From positions 94,552,001 to 94,616,000 of the forward strand of contig CM059431.1 of NCBI GenBank assembly GCA_030390025.1: DNA of 64,000 bases. Reading direction: 5' to 3'. This DNA is from Squalus acanthias. Its lineage: Eukaryota. Below the pieces are notes generated by a model, which did not search any database, was not told where the DNA came from, and saw only the letters and a list, made by a program, of their open reading frames with translations. This document shows positions 47,731 through 57,185 of this stretch, one piece after another; the first letter of the stretch is position 1, and every line of letters begins with the position of its first letter. A program made the translations under genes and the position numbers.

Positions 47731-50291
47731 TCATGCTGAATAATTTTGTCCTGGGGGTCCGAATTGCCCCTCCATATATTGATTTCCCCAAGGATTCCCT
47801 GTTGTAAAACCTGCCTGCGGACGAGTGTGAACTTGGGCTTGGGTATTTACATTGTTTTCTGCACCTCCCCAGCCTTGATTTTGCTGGTTGGGGAATGGGC
47901 AGTTAGCCTTCCAGTGTCCAATCTGACCACAATTATAACATGGAGAGTTTGTACCTCCTCCATTCCACTGGCCTCTGCCAGTCCCACCCCTATTTCTTCC
48001 TCTAAATCTACCTTTGTTATACCCTCTGGGGTAAAAATTCAGTTGGTTGCGCCTCCCGTTAGCGCCTTAAGAGGGCGCTAATGGGGCGCAAAGCCGCTAA
48101 CGCCCGGGCGCAGCGATGTTTGCGCCGCTCGAGAACTTAACTTGAGATTGTGCGGCGGCGCTAAAACTTACCGCTGCGACCACCTGCGCGCGCAGATTGT
48201 GACGTCATTCCATGGTGCAACGCCCTTGTGGCGCCCCGGAGCGGAAATTGAGTGGCGCCCCCTGCCTTACCGCCTGGCGCATCCAACGACCAGAAGACTG
48301 GAATGCTATCAATCGCTGTGGGGCTGGGGGGGGCGCTATTTAAAGGGGGCCTCTTCCTGTATTTTATTGTTGGTGGCATTTTTGAACTATGCATTCTGAG
48401 AGAGAGAGGGAGAGACTTCTGGAGAGATTCAACGTTGTGTGAAGGAGTTTTGGGTACTGAGCAGCACTTTGCAGGTTCATTTTGATTTGCCATTCCTTGT
48501 ATCGATTTAGCAGAGACTGTGGGAGCTGCACTCTGAGCTCTTTGCCTGGTACTCTCCATTGTTCTTTCCAGCACATTTGATGTGCAAGTCTCTCCAGGCC
48601 GAGATTCAAGGCTGCAATGAACAGGATGTGGATGGAAAGCAAGATTAACCATCCCCTTTAAGAACTGGCCCATGCCATTGTGTGTGTGTTCCATTGCTGA
48701 CTGACATTACATGAGCTTCGCCAGCGCTCTGAGTTAACGCCTCACTCCTTGGCCTTTGCGCCTTAAGACAGGTGTACAGCGCCTGATTTAGCGCTCCACT
48801 CACCTCCCGGGGCGGTAAAAGTGAAGTTTCCAGTCAGTGCCGATAATTAGCGCCAGGCGCTAATATTTGCGTCCAGACGATATTTGCGCCCCAAATGGGG
48901 CGCGACCTAATTTCTACCCCTCTGCCTCATCCTCTGTAATGACCTTGATAATAAATAGTGGTCTGGTCAGTCGGGGCTGCCGAAGCTGCTTGCTCCATTA
49001 TGAGGGAAACCTTGTTCTTTTGATCTCTATTTCTCTCCTGAATTTCTTTCAACATTTGTGTTAGTTCAGGAGTTGATGTATGCCTCCAATCTAGGCAGAC
49101 CAGAGTCAATGGTTCCTTAAGTTCTGTTCTGAGACCATTTACGAGGGCATTGACTAAAGGAACCTGATAATTTTCTTTGGTCATTCCAGAATGTTGTCCC
49201 ATAATTGCTTCTATCCTTTCTATATAATCCTCAACATCTTCGTCCTTTTTCTGAGTTGTCTCAATTATTTTTGTCCAATTAGTTCTTTTTGAGAATTTAA
49301 CATGCATTACTCTATACAATTCAGTCCAGAACGGTTCGTTTGGTAGTGTTTCGGGATTCCAGTTCTGGTTTGTTCTATGATTTTCAATTAATCTGAATTT
49401 ATCTTCGCCTTCTGTTAAAAGGCGGTATTTGGAATCCTTTAACCAAGCTCTGAGTAGCTGGTCAACGTCCACAATAGTGGGCTGGTGGCAAATAATGACG
49501 CTTTTCAGCTCACCAATCACTTTTTCTAAATCCTCTACGGGGTCTGGTAGTTCGTGGATTATTGTCCGTAGCTCGGACGCTGTCCATGGGCGATGGACAA
49601 CAACTGGAGCTCCGTCTGGCACGTGAACATTGGGGAAACGTCTGAGCGGATTGATAGTGACATCTTCTTGGCCCTGTACCTGATCTGGCTGACGTGCATC
49701 ATGGGATCTGGTATGCTGACTGACGTGTTCTGGTAAGGACCCCCGATTTCCATTTTGGGTTTCGGGTACTTCACTAACCGCTGCAACCTGTTGTTGCTCT
49801 GCATATGCGGGAGGTGGAGTTGGTCTTCCGTACCATCCCTGATCCTCGCCATCACTTGAGTGAGGCATGGGTAAAGGGGGGTAAACGGAGGTAGGAGCGG
49901 TAGGCTTCAGGGTTTGTCTTAAAGCCATTTGTCTGACTTCATCTGGTTTTGCCAATTTATTCACTGGGTCTTTTCTCTTATTTTTAATGTCAGATCTACT
50001 GGCTTGTATACTACGGTCCTTACGCCTTTCCGCTTCCTTTTTCCAGTCTGAAAAGGCTGACCAATTTACTGACTTTTTACCTTTTCTTTGTGGGTCTCTA
50101 TTTGTGAGACAGTCCTCCAGACATGTAATCCTATCCATGTTAAAGGTTCCGTCAATGGGGAACGGGTATCTGCCATTCTTGGTCCATTTAGACCAATGAG
50201 GCAAATCCCTTGTGGACATCCAACCACAGTTCTGGAAGATGTAAAAGGCTGGAGTTCCTTTTTCTGGGATTTTACTTTGTGAAGCTCCCAT
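47731..50291 (-). pseudogene. gag: Gag, with a premature TGA (48927-48929) and a transposon insertion (48028-48920)
   Basis: Myristoylation-type start MGASQS, PTAP/YPPL/PPAY motifs, and an MHR-like QKKDEDVEDYIER. After removing the insert it continues GRGYNKGRFRG...CYNCGQIGHWKANC (zinc knuckle). Confidence 0.95.
48028..48920. mobile_element. Non-autonomous Harbinger family B deletion derivative (893 bp), TSD TCT
   Basis: TIRs GGGGTAAAAATT and AATTTCTACCCC. TCT at 48025-48027 and 48921-48923. Both arms match the ends of 53488-57703 in inverted orientation. Confidence 0.93.
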
Positions 50292-50988
50292 CTTAGTAAA
50301 GTTTTAATTATACTAGGCACTCTTCTTCCGGATTGCAAATTTCACCCTTTACCCCTTTACAATTATTATTAACCCTTCGGAGCTCCACAAGTGACAAACA
50401 ATAACAAGAATTAACAACAATAAAGACAATGATAAGTAACGCAAAAGCCCAAACAGGCAAACAAATCAAGTAATCAGACATTAATCTTATACTTTAAACT
50501 AAACAAATAGTCAATTCTCAGCCTGCGTTGAACGCCCCTACAAACTGAGTCCTTAACATTTAACTTATGCTTTATACGTAACTTATATTCTAAGTGAAGG
50601 CTTCTCTCTAAACCTTTCTGCCGCGAGACTCTTTTCTCCGGCTCAAGGGAACCACCCTTGATACTGCAGTTTTAACCTTTTAGCGCTTTTTCACAACCTG
50701 GTACCTTTAGTCCGGGACGCAGCCCTGCCGACTCTCTTTCTTGCCTTCTTTGCCCGATAGTTTTGAGACTTGAGCCCTCAGAATTCTTCTCCTTTTAACG
50801 TTAAAATAAAAGAAGCAAAAGTTACAAGATTCAACTCAATTCTAAAACAGGATCATCGCAGTGCTGCTGTCGGAAGAAACAGACTAACACCAATTCAGTA
50901 TCTAGTGAGAAATCCTTTTAGGTGATAAAACATCACTTTTGGCCAGTTAGGATTTGTCACTAGAAATTCATAGTGTCCTCTGTCCGTG

Positions 50989-50996
50989 ACTTACCG
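50989..50996 (-). promoter_or_regulatory. Putative ERV major splice donor (CG|GTAAGT); candidate env acceptor at 44380
   Basis: Consensus donor just downstream of the primer-binding site. TTCCAGCTTTCACCAACAG lies near the end of integrase, upstream of the env ATG. Confidence 0.6.
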
Positions 50997-51010
50997 AGAG
51001 GTAGCAAGCG

Positions 51011-51028
51011 ATCTCGGTGGGACCTCCA
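51011..51028 (-). other. Primer-binding site complementary to the tRNA-Gln 3' end
   Basis: TGGAGGTCCCACCGAGAT, 6 nt after the 5' LTR. It is the complement of the vertebrate tRNA-Gln end ATCTCGGTGGGACCTCCA as I recall it. Confidence 0.9.
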
Positions 51029-51034
51029 AGAAAC

Positions 51035-51606
51035 TGTCGAAGTTTTACATGCCGAGTAGAGCTCTTTCTTAAACATAGAATCATGTCAAAGAAGGCTTTT
51101 TAATAAAGTTTACTTGTTACAAGGGAAGGTTCTGACACAGTCAAGTTGCTATGTCAGAATGCTTCGAATCTTACAAGATTTGAACATACTTTATACAAAA
51201 AGAACACAGAACAGGCCATTTGACATAGCATTAAACATCCTGATTAATGAGGCAGAAACTTGTGAGTTATTGCATAGGTTTTCGTTATAATAACGAGCAG
51301 AAATTCCTTAAAGATCAGATAACCAGACCTTCCTTGTGGGATCCCTTTGTTCAATGTTCATTCTCTAATCTGTGGGTTGATGGCTTACCTTATCTCATCC
51401 TGAGCTGGTTAGAACGAATTGATGCCTTATTTTGCTAAGCTTTTCTTAGATAAGGAATTCCGAGTTGTCTCTATCCTTGTAGCTAATTAGAATGATTTAC
51501 TTATTATGGTGACTCCTACTGTCGGCCATTTTGAATTCCCTTTTTTAAATTCTTTTCTCAGAGAAGCCATTTTGTTTGTGTCTTAAAAGTAAACTGCACT
51601 TCCACA
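51035..51606 (-). repeat. ERV 5' LTR (572 bp)
   Basis: TG...CA ends, TATAAA at 51190-51195 (-), and AGTAAA/ATTAAA poly(A)-signal variants near 51099-51114. Confidence 0.97.
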
Positions 51607-53848
51607 TCTGCCAGGAAGCAAGGTTCCAACCAGGAGCATTGTTCGAAAATCGCCTCAAATTTGTTTATATTAATATTTCCCATTTACTGGAAACCTTCCG
51701 TAAGGTTACTTGTATGTCCAGCATGTAAGAAAACAGAACTTGGCCACAATTAGCAATCCGGGTGCAAATTGCACCCAAAATTACTCTAGTTTTGAGAAGT
51801 TTTTATTTCTCTCAAGTTTCCGCTCAAACTTTTTTGCATATAGCCAAATGTAAAATCTGCCATGAACCAATGCAGCGTTTTAGAATGCACTTAAAAAGAA
51901 TTTGCATTAAAAAAAGTTTCCTTGATGTATTTAAGAGTGGTAACCTGGAGCAATTTTATTAAAACAGCTGAAAATGGGTTTATCACAAACAATAAATATT
52001 TTAATCAAAGTGTCTAGTCCACCACCTGTGAGTAACCCAATTTTAAATAACTGAAATAACTGAAAATGACTTAAAAAAAAATATACAGAACATTTACTGG
52101 ACACATTGGGGTACAGTAGCTTTTTAGTAAATTTAAAAAAAATATTTAAAATCTTTTAAAACGTGCCTATTAGTGTCCTTGCGCCTAAAAAAAAAAGTTT
52201 AATTTTCAGAGCCTCCTTGAAGTCCTGCAAATAGGCACAATTAGCAGAAACTCGCCATGGTGATTAATTCAATCTGGGGGCAGTGCCAATTTTGTGGGTA
52301 GGGCCGGCTTCTAGCGAGATGTTTTTTAAACTGCGCAAAAGATCGCGGAAACTCGATTTGTGCTGAACGTAATTTGCGCTTGAAATTCCACGATCATTTG
52401 CGCTAGTTTGGCTGATTTCAGGCGAATTGCACTGAGAAAATCCACCACAACCTAGCAGAATCTCCTACCCCTGTATTTACCTCGTGCCTTTCACATCCTC
52501 AGCATGTCCAAAACCACTACACAGCCAATTATTTACTTTTGAAATTGTAGTCACTTGCTTTGTGCAGCCAATCTGTCCACAGCAAGGTCCCACAAACAGC
52601 ATAAGAACATAAGAACATAAGAAATAGGAGCAGGAATAGGCCACTTGGCCCCTCAAGCCTGCTCCGCCATTCAATAAGATCATGGCTGATCTAGGGCTCA
52701 AAGTCACTTCCCAGCCCGCTCCCCATAACCCTTCACTCACTTATCTTGCAAAAATTTGTCTATCTCCACTTTAAATGTATTTAATGACCCAGCCTCCACA
52801 GCTCTCTGGGGCAGAGAATTCCACAAATTTACGACCCTTTGAGAGAAGAAGTTCCTCCTCATCTCAGTTCGAAAAGGGCGACCTTTTATTCTGAGACTGT
52901 GCCCCCGAGTTCTAGATTTCCCCATGAGGGGAAACATCCTCTCTGCATCTACCCTGTCGAGCCCCCTCAGTACCTTATATGTTTCGATAAGATCACCTCT
53001 CATTCTTCTAAATTCCAATGAGTATAGGCCCAGCCTGCTCAACCTTTCCTCATAAGTCAAACCCCTCATCTCTGGAATATACCTAGTGAATCGTTTCTGA
53101 ACTGCCTCCAATGCAAGTATATCCTTCCTTAAATAAGGAGAGCAAAACTGTACGCAGTACTCAAGGTGTGGTCTCACCAATACCTTGTACAGTTGTAGCA
53201 GGACTTCCCTGCATTTATACTCCAACCCCCTTGAAATAAAGGCAAACATTCCATTTGCCTTTCTGATTACTTGCTGTATCTGCATGCTAACTTTTTGTGT
53301 TTCATGCACAAGGACCCCCAGGTCCCTCTGAACTGTAGCATTTTGTAATATCTCTCCATTTAAGTAATAGTTTGCTTTTTTATTTTTCCTGCCAAAGTGG
53401 ATAACCTCACACTTTCCCACATTATACTCCATCTGCCAAATGTTTGCCCACTCACCTAGCCTGTCTATATCCCTTTGCAGATTCTTTGGGGGAAAAATTC
53501 AGTATCGCCCCATTTGGGGCGCAATTATCGGCCGGGCGCAAAGATTAGCGCCTGGCGCTAATTATCGCCACTGACTGCAAACTTGACTTTTAACGCCCCG
53601 GGAGGTGATTGGAGCGCTAAATCAGGCGCTGCACACCTGTCTTAAGGCGCAAAGGCCGAGGAGTGAGGCGCTAACTCAGAGCGCGGGCGCTGCGCAGGTG
53701 ATGTCAGTTAGCGATGGAACACAGACACACTGGCGCCGGCCAGTTCTTAAAGGGGAGGGTCGATCTTGCTCTCCAGCCACACCCTGCTCATTGGAGCCTT
53801 GAATCTCGACCTGGAGAGACCTGTGATTACATTTTCAAGCCAAGGACT

Positions 53849-55722
53849 ATGGAGAGAGTGAGAGAACGAGCTCAGCGCTTCAGCGAGCGGGCCTTGGATG
53901 CTCTGGTTGGCACGGTGGAGCGCAGAAAATCTATACACTTCCCTGAGAGTGGCAGGAGGCCTTTGCCGCGCGAGTACAGAAGAGTGTGGAGGGAGGTGGT
54001 TCAGAGCGTCTCCTGCAGGAGCATGGTGCCCAGGACCCATGTACAATGCCGAAAAAAGTTCAACGACCTCACTCGGGTCGTCAGGGTGAGTGGCTTTTTT
54101 TCAATACCTCTCCATCCCTCCATCTCAACCTCACTCTATGGCCAGAGGGTCTTAAAACCCCAATTAACAACACTCATCCAACACCTATGGCCCTTTCATG
54201 AAACACACACACACATTCCACACTTTGCATACAGTAAGGGCTATTCACCTATGGGAGGCACATCAGGCAAGACCATGGCTGCATACAGTAAGGGCTATTC
54301 ACCTATGGGAGGCACATCAGGCAAGACCATGGCTGCATACAGTAAGGGCTATTCACCTATGGGAGGTACATCAGGCAAGACCATGGCTGTATATTTACTC
54401 AGACGCCGTCCTTTTTCTTGCAGGCCAAGCTGTCTCATAATAGGAGACAGCAGCAACGGACGGGTGGAGGGCGGCCTCAGCTGCAACCCCTCAGCGATCT
54501 TGAGGAGCGCGTCCACAGGATTGTGGCAAGCCGGGTGATCGGTCACGTCGCCACTGGAGATGCCGACCCCGTTCTGGACAGCAATGGTAAGGTCATCACC
54601 TTTTTGGCCTCTGTCCTTCCACTTGTCCCTCACAACACCAGCCTTTGACACTTTCAATCCAACTTACTAAATCGCTGCACTTATTCCTCCCTTACTGCCA
54701 CCCTGTCCTCACGCTAAAGCCACTCTTGTACCTCCCTGCTTTCAGATGGTGATTCACCAGCTGAGGAGACGGGCCTTCAAGCTGCCAGTGGAAGTGAAGC
54801 TGCAGCCGAGGAGGAAGATGAAGGCGGAGCATCAGTGCCACCCTCTCCCGAGGAAGCCCATGCCCACACTGAGAACACGCCTTCCCTGGAGGGGAGCAGG
54901 GGGGAAGGGTCTGATGAGGGTGAAGCTCCAGGACCCAGCGGGCTGCAGCAACGCCATGGGGGTAGGGAAGAACGGGGGCCTTCTCCCCGGAGTGAGAGTA
55001 TGCCAGTGAGTCCTACTGCACTGGACGCAGAGGAGGAGCGGCTGATCGCTGGAATGAACACCCAGGCGGTGGACATGCACACTGAGCTCATGGGTGCAGT
55101 GGGAAGGGTGCCCGAATGCATTGAATCACTGGCAAGGAGTGTGGAGCACTTCGCTGTAGCACAGGCGGATGCCACACTAAAGCTTAGTGCTGCAATTCAG
55201 TCACTGGCTGCCGTGATCCCATCTCTGACTGCTCTCATGCAGACTCAGATTGAGGCCACGCGAGCACTGACTGCTGCCATGCTCGATGGTTCGTTCACAT
55301 TTCCCCGGGGCTCTCACCGCGCCGCAGCAGGCCAGCAATCTGTGCTCCAGCAGATTGCTCCGGATGCTGAAGTGCTGTCCCGTGGGAGTGCCAGTGTGTC
55401 GGTCGAGCAGGGAGTTGCTGTCCTCTCTCAAGATGACAGCATTCCTGCTGCCAACACTGTCACTTCTCCACTGCACTTGCCACCGCCTGTAGGACAGACT
55501 GCTGCCGCCCATGCAGAGTTGGTGCAGTCTGCAGCCGGGCCCTCCAGGCCCAGAACTGGTCGAGGCCGTCCTTCAAAGGCATCTGCAGTGTCAGGGTCTG
55601 ACAATCAGCAGCCTTCCACCAGCCTTGCTGCAGCCACTGAGGTCCCATTACGGAGGAGCAGTAGGGTAAGAAGGGGGGAAGTGCGCAAGGGAAGGAAATC
55701 ACCCTCGAAGGGCAAAAAGTAG
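53849..55722 (+). CDS. Harbinger Myb/SANT-like protein, exons 53849-54085, 54424-54586, 54746-55722 (458 aa, intact)
   Basis: GT-AG introns with consistent phases (0, then 1). Motifs RFSERALDALV, W.EV, QCRKKFNDL and HNRRQQQRTGGG. No stop in the spliced frame. Confidence 0.85.
54226..54390 (+). repeat. 54-bp tandem repeat x3 in Myb intron 1
   Basis: TGCATACAGTAAGGGCTATTCACCTATGGGAGGCACATCAGGCAAGACCATGGC repeated. Confidence 0.95.
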
Positions 55723-55990
55723 GAGGTGTGACAAAATGTTGGTCATTTTTTTATTAAAGGCCGAGGTTCGTGGTCAAACTTTTGTTTAGTGCTTTGGACA
55801 TTATCTCCAGGTTGTGAGAACCAGTTATGTTGATGACTGTTTTTTTGTGTTTATTTCTATGAGTTTGTCATGAAGAAATGACAGACACAGAGTTTGTAAA
55901 ATAAATACGTTTTTGTATTCAAAATATACATGTTTGGTGTTTGGAATCATTGGTGCCTTGGCCGGCTTAGGGGTTGCGTGTTGGGTTCAT

Positions 55991-56131
55991 TCATGTTGTT
56001 CTCAATGGCAGAAGCCATTTCCACAGCAGGGGCCTAGAAGCGGCTGCTATCAGCCGTTGACGGACGGCCCTTGCAGTTTCACCATTGTGGGCCGCCCTCA
56101 CGCCTTGGTGCTGCTGATGATCATCCTCCTC

Positions 56132-56162
<31 letters not shown>

Positions 56163-57185
56163 GGTGGTGCTCCAAGGCCTGGTGGCATTGGCTGGGTCCT
56201 GAGGATTGCCATGTTATGCAGCATGCAGCACACAACTACGAAGTGGGAAACTCGCTCAGGCGAGTACTGCAGGGCTCCTCCAGAATGGTCCAGACAGCGG
56301 AACCGTTGCTTCAGCACGCCGATTGTGTGCTCAACGATGTTCCTGGTAGCTTGATGGCTCTCGTTGTACCGCAGCTCAGCAGGGGTGTTGGGTGTACGGA
56401 GCGGTGTCATCAGCCAGGTGCTCAGTGGATACCCCTTGTCCCCGAGAAGCCAACCAACTGGCTGATGCGGTGCCTCGAAAAGTTCTGCCACAGTAGTCTG
56501 GCGCAGGATGAAAGCATCGTGGCAGCTGCCAGGATAGTGGGCATTGACAGCGAGTATCAGCTGTCTGTGGTCACAGACCAACTGAACATTCAAGGAATGG
56601 AACCCCTTTCTGTTCCGGAAATCCTCGGCATTCTCATGCGGAGCACGCAAAGCCACATGCGTGCAGTCAATGGCGCCCTGCACCATGGGGAAGCCCGCTA
56701 TCCTCGCAAAGCCCAGAGCGCATTCATGCTGCTTGTCTGGCGTCATGGGGAAAGAGATGTCTCCTTTTAAAGAGGGCATTTGTGACGTGACGGATGCAGC
56801 AATGCACCGCGAACTGGGAGATATTGGCAAGGTCCCCAGCAGCAGATTGAAATGAGCCAGTAGCATAAAAGTTCAGAGCCACTGTGATCTTCACTGCCAC
56901 CGACAGAGACGTCCTGGACCTCAGTTGAGGCTGCAGATCTGGCTGCAGCAGGTGGCAGAGCTCAGTGATCACCTCCTTGCTGAAGCGCAGCCTTCGCAAA
57001 CACTGCTCATCAGACATATGAATGTAGGAGAGCTGGTCACGATATATCCTGGGAGGGTAAGCTCTCCTGTACAGACGCCTGTTGGCCCTCCTCCGTCTGG
57101 CCATCATTGCCACTCTCTCTCTGCGTCTCTGTGTTCTCCGATTCAGCTGGCGCAGGACGACACCCCCAATCAGTGCAGCCCCCAT
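55991..57185 (-). pseudogene. Harbinger DDE transposase, frameshift near 56762 (and probably near 56041)
   Basis: N-terminal half RRLRFSKE and [11 protein letters not shown] (56724-57185). The catalytic half [35 protein letters not shown] and CCMLHN is in a different frame. Confidence 0.93.

Larger units (their letters stand above)
41475..51606 (-). mobile_element. Full-length class I (gamma/epsilon-like) endogenous retrovirus
   Basis: Paired LTRs, TSD TCTG (41471-41474, 51607-51610), primer-binding site, polypurine tract, and gag-pro-pol-env order. Confidence 0.97.

Noticed and set aside
48927..48929. TGA as the natural gag stop
   Set aside because: The RG-rich nucleocapsid and CCHC knuckle continue in frame beyond it once the insert is removed. 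It is most likely a CGA-to-TGA mutation.
55913..56770. 285-aa plus-strand ORF with a Leu-rich hydrophobic run
   Set aside because: It is the antisense shadow of the transposase, and the Leu run mirrors the (GAG)n acidic tract.
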